Made by a program: the position numbers and the translations under genes. The notes under the pieces are model-generated. The model worked only from the letters and a program-made list of their open reading frames with translations. It searched no databases and was not told the origin of the DNA. 48,806 nucleotides of DNA, taken from positions 1-48,806 of the forward strand of contig DATIFV010000163.1 in assembly GCA_035455085.1 (NCBI GenBank). Direction: 5' to 3'. Origin of the DNA: Candidatus Methylomirabilota bacterium (GTDB taxonomy: Bacteria; Methylomirabilota; Methylomirabilia; Rokubacteriales; CSP1-6). Positions 35,043 through 43,356 of the stretch are shown here, one piece after another. Within the stretch, counting starts at the first letter, position 1. Each line of letters starts with the position of its first letter.

Positions 35043-35678
35043 ATGGCCGACGCCCCGACAATCCGCCGAGTCGCGGTGGCCCTGTTCGAGGGTTTCACGG
35101 TGCTCGACGTCTACGGCCCCGTGCAGGCCTTCGCGAGCGCGCGCATCGCCCGGCCCGACGGCTCCTGGCTGCGGCTCTTCGAGATCGTGACCGTCGCCGA
35201 GAAGGCCGGCCCAGTCAGGAGCGGCGAGGGCCCGACCACGCACGCCGACTTCGCCTTCGCGGACGCCCCCGCCTACGACGTGCTGCTGGTGCCGGGCGGC
35301 TTCGGCACGCGGCAGGCGGTCAACAACGCCCCGCTGCTCCTGGCCCTCACGTCGGCCAGCCGGCGCGCCGCCGTCACCACCACCGTGTGCACCGGCTCGG
35401 CGCTGCTCGCCCGCACCGGCCTGATGGACGGCCGACCCGCCACGTCGAACAAGGTCGCGTGGGACTGGGTGGTGCAGCAGGGCCCGCGCGTGCGGTGGCA
35501 GCGCCGGGCCCGGTGGGTGGACGACGGCGACCTCGTCACCTCCTCGGGGGTGTCGGCCGGCATCGACATGGCGCTCTCGGTGGTGGCGCGCTTCCACGGC
35601 GTCGAGATGGCGCGTCAGTCGGCGCGCTTCATGGAGTACGTCTGGCACGAAGAGGCGGACGACGACCCCTTCGCGTGA
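35043..35678 (+). CDS. DJ-1/PfpI-family protein
   Basis: ATG at 35043. VLLVPGGFG and the nucleophile elbow VCTGSALLARTG. Confidence 0.85.
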   Translation: MADAPTIRRVAVALFEGFTVLDVYGPVQAFASARIARPDGSWLRLFEIVTVAEKAGPVRSGEGPTTHADFAFADAPAYDVLLVPGGFGTRQAVNNAPLLLALTSASRRAAVTTTVCTGSALLARTGLMDGRPATSNKVAWDWVVQQGPRVRWQRRARWVDDGDLVTSSGVSAGIDMALSVVARFHGVEMARQSARFMEYVWHEEADDDPFA

Positions 35679-35691
35679 GCCGCCCTCCCCG

Positions 35692-35901
35692 CTAATCCAG
35701 GAAGATCTGCTCGGGCCGGACCGTCACGGCCTCGGTGGGGCCGGGGCCGGCGGCCTCGGCCGGGGGAGCGGCCGGCCAGACCTCGGCCGCCGGCGCGAGG
35801 GGGACATCGACCCGCCACTGCCACTCCTTGGTGGCCAGGTAGCCGGCGGCGGCCAGCAGGACCCCGGCGAGCACAACGGGGCGAATGATCTCAGCGGTCA
35901 T
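35692..35901 (-). CDS. 69-aa single-TM hypothetical protein
   Basis: ATG at 35901 with AAGGAGG 7 nt upstream. The rest of ORF 35692..36237 is junk. Confidence 0.5.
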   Translation of the reverse strand: MTAEIIRPVVLAGVLLAAAGYLATKEWQWRVDVPLAPAAEVWPAAPPAEAAGPGPTEAVTVRPEQIFLD

Positions 35902-36118
35902 GAGCGCACCTCCTTGGCGGTACGTGCGGGCGGCAAGCCCCATGCCACCCTGCGCCATGCGCAAGGGCTCGATCCGGCGGCGATCTGTGCGGTGGCCGCG
36001 AGGCCGGGCGGGCCCGCGGCCGAATGTACCGTGTAATCCTGCGCTGTCCGTCGGCCGGCTGACACTGGGGCCGGGTGGCTCTGGCTTCGGATCGGGCACG
36101 TGGGGTAAGGTGGCGCCG

Positions 36119-38440
36119 ATGCCCGCCCAGGCCGCTGCCGACCTCGCCACCCTCGAGTCGATCCAGAAGCGGGTCCTCTGGCTGAGCGCCTGCGTGGTGC
36201 ACCATGCCAACAGCCGGCCCAACCCCGACGGCACCAAGGTGGGCGGCCATCAGGCCTCCTCGTCCTCCGTGGTCTCCCTAATGACCGCGCTCTACTTCCA
36301 CGCGCTCCGCCCCGGCGACATCGTGGCCACGAAGGCCCACGCCTCGCCGGTGCTCTACGCCATCGAGTACCTGCGCGGGCGCCTCGGCGCGACCGAGCTG
36401 GAGAGCCTGCGCACCCTGGGGGGACTCCAGGCCTACCCGAGCCGGCGCAAGAACCCGGAGATCGTGGACCTCTCCACCGGCTCGATGGGACTCGGGGCGG
36501 TCAGCGCGGCCTTCGGGGCGCTCGCCGCGCGCTACGTGAGCCAGCACGGCGGGGGCGAGCCGATGCCCCGGCGCTACATCGCGATGGTGGGCGACGCCGA
36601 GCTCGACGAGGGCAACGTGTGGGAGGCGCTGCTCGAGGAGGCGGTGCGCGAGCTCGACAACCTCCTGTGGATCGTGGACCTCAACCGCCAGAGCCTCGAC
36701 CGCATCCTGCCCGACGCCCGCCGCGGCCAGCTGCGCGATTGGTTCCGGGGCGCAGGCTGGCACGTGATCGAGCTGCGCTGGGGCCGGCGGCTGCGCGCGC
36801 TCTTCGGCCGCCCGGGCGGCGAGCGGCTGCGCGCGCGCCTGGAGGGCATGGGCAACGCCGAGTACCAGTCGCTGCTGCGCCTGGCCCCGGCCGCCGCGCG
36901 CAAGGCGGTCACCGCCGCCGCGGCCGGGGAGACGGACGCGGTGGTGGACCGGCTGCTCGCGGATCTGCCGGACGAGGCGGTGGGCGCGCTGGTCGCCGAC
37001 GTGGGCGGCCACGACCTGCCGTCGATCCTCGAGGCCTACGCGGAAGCGGGGCGGCCACGGCGCGGGCCCTGCGTGATCATCGCCGACACCATCAAGGGCT
37101 GGGGCTACCCGTTCGCGGCCGATCCCATGAACCACGGCGCGCTGCTCACCGCCGGTCAGCTCGAGGAGCTGCGCACTGCCCTCGGGGTGGCGCCCGGCGA
37201 GACGTGGGTCGGCTTCGCGGCGGGCAGCGCGGAGGCGGAGCTGATCCGCCGTGGCCCCGCACCCTACGCGCCGCCGCCAGGCCGCGCCCCCGCGCCGGCG
37301 GTCCCCGAGACCCTGGAGGAGGCGTACCCGGCGCAGACCTCCACCCAGGAAGCCCTGGGCCGCGTGCTCGGTCGCCTCGGCCGCCTGCCGGTCGGCGACC
37401 GGATCGTCACGCTCTCCGCCGACGTGGCGGTGACCACGCACCTCGCGGGCTGGATCAACCGCAAGGGCGTCTACTTCCCGCGGCCGAAGCCCGGCTTCGC
37501 CGGAGAGGGGCCACAGGCGGTGCAGTGGAGGGAATCGCCGGCCGGCCAGCACATCGAGCTCGGCATCGCCGAGCACAACCTGTTTCTCGCCCTGGGCGCC
37601 TTCGGCCTCACCCACGAGCTGTCGGGGGCGACGCTCCTGCCGATCGGCACCCTGTACGATCCCTTCGTCACGCGCGGGCTCGACGCCCTCTACCACGCCC
37701 TCTACGCAGGCGGGCGCTTCATCGTGGCCGGCACCCCGTCGGGAGTGAGCCTCTCGCCCGAGGGCGGCGCGCACCAGTCGGTGATCACGCCGGGGATCGG
37801 CATCGCGCTGCCCGCCCTCACCTACTACGAGCCCACGTTCGCGCATGAGGTGGAGTGGATCCTGCTCGATGCCCTCCACCGCCTGATGAACCGTCGTGAC
37901 GCCGCCGAGAGCCTGTACCTGCGCCTGTCCACCCGGCCGATCGATCAGTCGCTGGCTCCCGTGCCCTCGCCCGCGTACCGCGAGGCGGTGCTGCGCGGCG
38001 GCTACCGCCTCGTCGACGCGCGCGCGGAGCCGGGCTACGACCCCGACGACGATGCGGTGCACATCTTCGCGACCGGGGTGATGGTGCCCGAGGCGGTGGA
38101 GGCGGGCCGCGTGCTGCGCGCCGACGGGATCCGCGCGAGCGTCTTCGTGGTCACGAGCCCGGATCTGCTGCACCGGGATCTCCGCACTACGTACCAGCAC
38201 GTACTCGACCTGGTCGGCGCCGACGAGGAAGGCGTGCCGGTGGTGTCGGTGCAGGACGGCCACTCGCACGGGCTCGCGTTCCTGGGGGGCGCGCTCGCGG
38301 TGCCGCAGATCCCGCTCGGGGTGGACCACTTCGGCCAGTCGGGCGCCCGGCGGGACCTCTACCGGCACTACGGGGTGGACGCGCCCGCGATCGCGGCGGC
38401 GGCCAACCGGCTTCTTGCCCGAGGGCCGGGTCTGCGATAG
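36119..38440 (+). CDS. transketolase-like / homodimeric 2-oxoacid dehydrogenase E1-type ThDP enzyme
   Basis: ATG at 36119 with an AAGGTGG RBS. GGHQASSSS and MVGDAELDEGNVWEA. 773 aa. Confidence 0.8.
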   Translation: MPAQAAADLATLESIQKRVLWLSACVVHHANSRPNPDGTKVGGHQASSSSVVSLMTALYFHALRPGDIVATKAHASPVLYAIEYLRGRLGATELESLRTLGGLQAYPSRRKNPEIVDLSTGSMGLGAVSAAFGALAARYVSQHGGGEPMPRRYIAMVGDAELDEGNVWEALLEEAVRELDNLLWIVDLNRQSLDRILPDARRGQLRDWFRGAGWHVIELRWGRRLRALFGRPGGERLRARLEGMGNAEYQSLLRLAPAAARKAVTAAAAGETDAVVDRLLADLPDEAVGALVADVGGHDLPSILEAYAEAGRPRRGPCVIIADTIKGWGYPFAADPMNHGALLTAGQLEELRTALGVAPGETWVGFAAGSAEAELIRRGPAPYAPPPGRAPAPAVPETLEEAYPAQTSTQEALGRVLGRLGRLPVGDRIVTLSADVAVTTHLAGWINRKGVYFPRPKPGFAGEGPQAVQWRESPAGQHIELGIAEHNLFLALGAFGLTHELSGATLLPIGTLYDPFVTRGLDALYHALYAGGRFIVAGTPSGVSLSPEGGAHQSVITPGIGIALPALTYYEPTFAHEVEWILLDALHRLMNRRDAAESLYLRLSTRPIDQSLAPVPSPAYREAVLRGGYRLVDARAEPGYDPDDDAVHIFATGVMVPEAVEAGRVLRADGIRASVFVVTSPDLLHRDLRTTYQHVLDLVGADEEGVPVVSVQDGHSHGLAFLGGALAVPQIPLGVDHFGQSGARRDLYRHYGVDAPAIAAAANRLLARGPGLR

Positions 38441-38486
38441 CATCCGCTCATCCCAGCCCGTATCCGCTCCAAAGGAGGAGCCCGCC

Positions 38487-39848
38487 ATGGACAGTCGCCT
38501 CAAGCACCTCGCCGAGCAGCTCGATGCCGGTCTCATCGCCCGCCGCGAGTTCCTGCGCAAGGCGGCCGTCGTCACCGGCGGCACCGCCGCGGGCCTGCAC
38601 GCCCTCCGCAGCATGGCCTCCGCGCAGGGGAAGACCAAGCTGCGCGTCTGGCTCTTCAAAAGCTTCGTCACCGCGGGTAACGACGTGCTGGCCCGGCAGG
38701 TCGAGGCCTGGGCCAAGGACAAGAACGTCGAGGTCGAGATGGACTGGGGCACCTTCGGCGACCGCGAGCAGAAGTACGTGGCCGCCATCGAGGCCGGCAA
38801 CCCGCCCGACCTCGGCGAGATGAACATCTACGGCCCGATGCGCTACAAGGCCGCCCTGCGCGACGTGAGCCGTGTCGCGGGCGAGCTGGCCAAGGCCAAG
38901 GGCGGGCTCCTGCCCTTCGCGGAGCGCGCCATGAAGGCCGACGGCAAGTTCCTCGGCGTCGCGCGCTACTCGATGACCACCGTGTTCTTCATCCGCAAGG
39001 ACATCATGGAGGCCAAGGGGCTCAAGATCCCCAAGGTCTACGATCCCGACGTGGTCGAGTTCGCCAAGAAGGCGCAGGATCCGTCCAAGGATCTCTACGG
39101 CTTCGGCCAGACCCTGAACCGGTCGGACGACGGCGACGGGTTCATGTCCAACATCCTCTGGGACTACGGCGGGGGCGTGTGGGACAAGGACGGCAAGCCC
39201 GCGCTCGGCACCGCCTTCCTCAAGCAGAACACCCAGGCTCTGCAGTTCGCGGTGGACACCATCAAGAAGCACGGCATCCAGCCGCCCGGCGTGATGGGCT
39301 GGACCGACGTGTCCAACAACGAGGCCTACATGGCGGGCAAGCTGGTGACCACCAACAACGGCGCCAGCCTCTACTTCGCGATGGTGAGCAAGAAGCACGA
39401 GCTGGCCGCGAAGACGCTCTGCGTGGTCACCCCCGGCGGGCCGGCCGGCTCCTTCGTGGGCTCCTCCTGCTACAACTGGGCGATCTTCCAGAAGACGCAG
39501 AAGGTCGATCTCTGCGAGGACCTCATCCGCTACCTCGAGGACGAGAAGCGCTTCAACGAGTACATGCAGGTCTCGGTGGGGCAGGCCGGTCCCGTCTACA
39601 AGGGCCGCGCCGACAATCCGTACTGGAAGTCCGATCCGAACTTCGATGCGATGATGCAGAACATCATCCGGAGCGTCAACCTCGGCTATCCCGGTCCCAT
39701 GACGGCGGCCGCCGCCGAGGTGCAAGGCCAGAAGATCCTCACCGACATGGCGGGCCGCGTGGTGGTGGGCGGCCTTTCGCCCGAGGCGGCCCTGAAGGAA
39801 GCGCACGCGCGGGTCGAGGAGGTCTACAAGATCCGCGGCAAGGCCTAG
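38487..39848 (+). CDS. ABC transporter substrate-binding protein (family 1, sugar-type) with Tat signal
   Basis: AAAGGAGGAG RBS. Twin-arginine ARREFLRKAAVV. Confidence 0.85.
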   Translation: MDSRLKHLAEQLDAGLIARREFLRKAAVVTGGTAAGLHALRSMASAQGKTKLRVWLFKSFVTAGNDVLARQVEAWAKDKNVEVEMDWGTFGDREQKYVAAIEAGNPPDLGEMNIYGPMRYKAALRDVSRVAGELAKAKGGLLPFAERAMKADGKFLGVARYSMTTVFFIRKDIMEAKGLKIPKVYDPDVVEFAKKAQDPSKDLYGFGQTLNRSDDGDGFMSNILWDYGGGVWDKDGKPALGTAFLKQNTQALQFAVDTIKKHGIQPPGVMGWTDVSNNEAYMAGKLVTTNNGASLYFAMVSKKHELAAKTLCVVTPGGPAGSFVGSSCYNWAIFQKTQKVDLCEDLIRYLEDEKRFNEYMQVSVGQAGPVYKGRADNPYWKSDPNFDAMMQNIIRSVNLGYPGPMTAAAAEVQGQKILTDMAGRVVVGGLSPEAALKEAHARVEEVYKIRGKA

Positions 39849-39850
39849 CC

Positions 39851-40849
39851 ATGGCGACGGTCCGTCCCTCGTCCCCCCCTCTCCCCTCCGGGGAGAGGGT
39901 CGGGGTGAGGGGGGGCTTCCGTCCCGAGGTCTCTCCGCGCCCGCGCGCCCAGCTCGAGGTCACCCTGCGGCGTGTCCTCGGGCCCGACTACCGGATGGGC
40001 TTCCTCTTCGTCGCGCCCATCGTGGTCCTCGTGCTGGCGCTGGTGGCCTATCCCTTCTGCTACGCGGTCTACCTCAGCCTGACCCGCAAGTACGTGGGCA
40101 TGCCCCCCGTCTTCGTCGGGCTCGAGAACTACATCCGCCTCACCTACGACGGCTTCTTCCAGCGCGCCGTCGTCAACAGCTTCATCTTCACGTTTGCCTC
40201 GGTGGGCGTCAAGCTGGTGCTCGGCATCGGCATGGCGCTCGTGCTGACCTCGAAGATCCGGTTCCGCGGCTTCTGGACCGGGGTGCTGCTGATCCCGTGG
40301 GTCGCGCCCACCGTGGTCTCCGCGCTCAACTTCCTGTGGATCTTCGACTACAGCCTGGGCGTGCTGAACTACCTGCTGGTCCACGTCTTCGGTGTCCTGT
40401 CGCGCGGGGTGGGCTGGCTCAGCGAGCCCGGGACCGCGATGGCTTCGGTCATCGGGGTCAACATCTGGCGCGGCTTTCCCTTCTTCGGGATCAGCTTCCT
40501 GGCCGGCATGAAGGCGATCTCGGGCGAGCTCTACGAGGCGGCGGCGGTGGACGGGGCCACGGTGTTCCAGCGCTTCCGCTACGTCACGCTGCCCGGCATC
40601 CGGAACATCGTGATGATCGTGGTGCTGCTCTCCACCATCTGGACCTTCAACGATTTCGCGATCGTCTACATCCTGACCAAGGGCGGGCCGGGGGGGGCCA
40701 CCATGGTGCTGCCCGTGCTCACCTACGAGATCGCCTTCGGGGCCCAGCGCCTGGGCGAGGCCATCGCGGTGGCGCTCTACATGCTGCCCCCGCTCGCCTT
40801 CGTGATCATCGTGCTGTCGAACTACATGCGGAAGGGCACGACGCGATGA
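39851..40849 (+). CDS. ABC transporter permease (MalF/UgpA-like)
   Basis: EAA loop ELYEAAAVDGATVFQRFRYVTLPG. The N-terminal 25 codons are encoded by REP-like copy C, so the true start is uncertain. Confidence 0.8.
   Translation: MATVRPSSPPLPSGERVGVRGGFRPEVSPRPRAQLEVTLRRVLGPDYRMGFLFVAPIVVLVLALVAYPFCYAVYLSLTRKYVGMPPVFVGLENYIRLTYDGFFQRAVVNSFIFTFASVGVKLVLGIGMALVLTSKIRFRGFWTGVLLIPWVAPTVVSALNFLWIFDYSLGVLNYLLVHVFGVLSRGVGWLSEPGTAMASVIGVNIWRGFPFFGISFLAGMKAISGELYEAAAVDGATVFQRFRYVTLPGIRNIVMIVVLLSTIWTFNDFAIVYILTKGGPGGATMVLPVLTYEIAFGAQRLGEAIAVALYMLPPLAFVIIVLSNYMRKGTTR
39877..39915. repeat. REP-like element copy C: CCCTCTCCCC-TCC-GGGGAGAGGG TCGGGGTGAGGGGGGG
   Basis: Read directly. Same architecture and orientation as copy A. 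Confidence 0.7.
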
Positions 40850-41703
40850 CGGGCATGGTCGGCCACAGCACGGTGAGGACGGAGCGGCTGCAGTCCGCGG
40901 TGTCGTATGCCATCTTGTTGACCTTCCTGCTGCTCGTGATCTTCCCGTTCTACTGGATGATCGTCACGTCCTTCAAGGGCGAGAACCAGATGCGCAGCCT
41001 GGTCTCGATGTTCTGGCCGAGCCCCTTCGTGACCGAGAACTACGACCACCTGCTCGCCAAGACCGAGTTCGTGAGCTGGTTCAAGAACAGCGTCATCGTA
41101 TCGGTGTCGAGCACGTTCCTGGCCACCGCGATCGGGACCCTCGGCGCCTACGCCCTGGCCCGGCTCAAGTTCCTGGGCCGCGCGTTCATGGCCAGCACCG
41201 TGCTGATCACCTATCTCGTCCCGCCGTCGATCCTGTTCATCCCGCTCTACGCCCAGATCCGCAACCTGGGCCTCGCCGACAGCCTCACCGGCCTGATCGC
41301 GGCGTACCCGTCCTTCACGGTGCCGTTCGTGACGTGGCTGCTGATGGGCTACTTCGAGTCGATCCCGGTGGAGCTGGAGGAGTCCGCGATGATCGACGGG
41401 GCCACCCGCTTCGGGGCGTTCCGGCGGGTGATCCTGCCCCTGGCCGCCCCCGGGCTGCTCGCGAGCGGGCTCTACGCCTTCACCCAGGCGTGGAACGAGT
41501 TCCTCTACGCCCTGGTGTTCATCACCAACGTGAGGCTGCGGACCCTGCCGGTGGGCCTCTCCACCTTCATCACCGGCGACGTCTACGGCTGGGGCTTCCT
41601 CATGGCCGGCGCCGTCCTCACCACGCTGCCGGTCATCGCCGCCTACATCTACCTCCAGAAGTACATGGTCGAAGGCCTCACCGCCTGCAGCGTCAAGGGC
41701 TAG
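40846..41703 (+). CDS. ABC transporter permease (MalG/UgpE-like)
   Basis: ATGA overlap with the first permease. EAA loop ESAMIDGATRFGAFRRVILPLAAPG. Confidence 0.88.
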   Translation: MTGMVGHSTVRTERLQSAVSYAILLTFLLLVIFPFYWMIVTSFKGENQMRSLVSMFWPSPFVTENYDHLLAKTEFVSWFKNSVIVSVSSTFLATAIGTLGAYALARLKFLGRAFMASTVLITYLVPPSILFIPLYAQIRNLGLADSLTGLIAAYPSFTVPFVTWLLMGYFESIPVELEESAMIDGATRFGAFRRVILPLAAPGLLASGLYAFTQAWNEFLYALVFITNVRLRTLPVGLSTFITGDVYGWGFLMAGAVLTTLPVIAAYIYLQKYMVEGLTACSVKG

Positions 41704-41707
41704 TTCC

Positions 41708-41770
41708 GGGGTCAGGTCTTGAAATACGACATTTGCCGCAGTGCGATGTCGTATTTCAAGACCTGACCCC
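41708..41770. terminator. perfect 25-bp inverted repeat with 13-nt loop between convergent genes (bidirectional terminator or palindromic element)
   Basis: GGGGTCAGGTCTTGAAATACGACAT - ttgccgcagtgcg - ATGTCGTATTTCAAGACCTGACCCC. The right arm contains the last five codons and the stop of the ArsC-like gene. Confidence 0.6.
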
Positions 41771-42112
41771 AAGCTGCTGCTTGTAGGTTTGCTCGTCGAA
41801 GCCGACGATCAGGGTGCGGCCTCGGCGCAGGGTCGGGGCGCGCAGGTTGCCCGTGGGCCCGAGCAGCAGCTTGAGCAAGGTCGCGCGGTCCGGCTTGGCC
41901 TTCTTCAGGTCGACGTGCTCCACCTTCTTGCCCTTGGCCACGTACAGCTCGTCGACGCCGTCGAGCACCGAGAGTGCGGCCGCGCCCTTGATGGTGGCCT
42001 TCTTGGCGTCGGCCTGCTCGCCGACAGTCACCTTGTGCTTGGCAAGGAACCCTTGCGTCTTGGCGCAGGTCATTCAGCCGTTGCGGTGATAGCTCCAGTC
42101 CACTCTGGCCAT
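41756..42112 (-). CDS. ArsC/Spx/YffB-fold protein with in-frame TGA (putative selenocysteine) at residue 13
   Basis: The ATG at 42112 is preceded by AGGAGAGGAGAG. The frame is open except for the TGA at 42074..42076. Product MARVDWSYHRNG-U-MTCAKTQGFL... is 118 aa. The C-terminus NLRAPTLRRGRTLIVGFDEQ is typical of the family. Confidence 0.6.
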
Positions 42113-42134
42113 CGGCTCTCCTCTCCTCGTCCGG

Positions 42135-43355
42135 TCAGTGAGTGTAGCGTCGCGCGTACTGGGCCACGCAGGCCGCCTCGAGGGCGGCGGGATCCTGATA
42201 GCTCCCGGCAAAGCGCTCGACCGCGAGCGGGGCCAGGTCGGGCTCGCTCTTGCCGTCCACGATGAGATCGGCCAGGGCGCGGCCGGCGGCCGGCGACAGG
42301 CTGAGACCCCCGACGCAGCAGCCCGAGGCCACGAAGAGGCCGTCGAGCCCGGACACGCGTCCGACGATGGGCCGGCCGTCCGGCGTCATGGTAGGCGCGC
42401 CGCCCCGGTGCACCGCGATCCTCGCCTCCCGCAGGGCCGGGAAGTGCGCGGCCACCTCGGCCACCAGCGCGCGCAGCACGCCCAGGTCCAGCTCGAGCGC
42501 GTCGATCTCGAAGCCCGCGGGCAGCCCCTCGCGTCCGAGCACCCGCGGGGCGTCCTCGTAGCCGCCGAAGAGCAGCCCGCCCCGCTCGTGGCGCACGTAG
42601 ACGCTCGCCTCGACGAGCCGCACGATCGGCTGCAGCGGCTCCACCCCCGCGATCGGCTCGGTGACGAGGAGCTGGTGGCGCACCGGGACCAGAGGCAGCG
42701 CGATGCCGGCCGAGGCCGCCACCCGCGCGGTCCAGCCCCCCGCCGCGTCCACCACCACCGGCGCGCGCAGCTCGCCCCCCGCGGTCGCCACGCCGGCGGC
42801 GTGGCCGCCCACCTGGAGCAGGCCCTGCACCGCGGTGAAGGGGAGCAGCCGCGCGCCCAGCTCGCCCGCGCGCGCGGCGAAGCCCACCGCCACCTTGGCC
42901 GGATCGAGCCACCCGTCGCTCGGCACGTGCAGGATCGAGCGCGCGGCGCCCGGCCGGAAGTGCGGGGCGAGCCGCCCGGCCTCGCGCGCGTCGATCACGC
43001 GCGCCTCGACCCCGCAGGCCCGCGCGGTCTCCTGCGCCGCGCGCACCCGGGCCTCGGCGGCCTCCGTGTAGGCCGCGCGCAGGCTGCCCGAGCGGTGGAA
43101 GCCCACCGTGCGCCCCATCTCGGCCTCGAAGCGCTCGAAGGCCTCGCAGGCCTCGTGGCGCAGGCGGGCCATCGTGGGCTCCCGGTCGGCCTTGCTGGTG
43201 AGGCCGGCCGCCCGCGGCGAGGTCTGCGAGCCGAGCGCGTGCTGGTCCACCAGCGTGACCCGGAGCCCGCGCCGGGCCAGGTGATAGGCGGTGGCCGCGC
43301 CGAAGGCGCCCGAGCCGATGACGACCGCGTCGCTGACGGCGGCTGCGGCGGCCAT
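42135..43355 (-). CDS. FAD-dependent oxidoreductase (DAO / sarcosine-oxidase-beta family)
   Basis: VVIGSGAFGAATAYHLARRG. The start lies 1 nt after the IlvD-family stop. Confidence 0.85.
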   Translation of the reverse strand: MAAAAAVSDAVVIGSGAFGAATAYHLARRGLRVTLVDQHALGSQTSPRAAGLTSKADREPTMARLRHEACEAFERFEAEMGRTVGFHRSGSLRAAYTEAAEARVRAAQETARACGVEARVIDAREAGRLAPHFRPGAARSILHVPSDGWLDPAKVAVGFAARAGELGARLLPFTAVQGLLQVGGHAAGVATAGGELRAPVVVDAAGGWTARVAASAGIALPLVPVRHQLLVTEPIAGVEPLQPIVRLVEASVYVRHERGGLLFGGYEDAPRVLGREGLPAGFEIDALELDLGVLRALVAEVAAHFPALREARIAVHRGGAPTMTPDGRPIVGRVSGLDGLFVASGCCVGGLSLSPAAGRALADLIVDGKSEPDLAPLAVERFAGSYQDPAALEAACVAQYARRYTH

Positions 43356-43356
43356 G

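Noticed and set aside
41708-41770. The 25-bp hairpin read as the SECIS element for the TGA at 42074..42076.
   Set aside because: It lies about 300 nt downstream of the UGA, at the gene end. Bacterial SECIS elements sit immediately 3' of the UGA.
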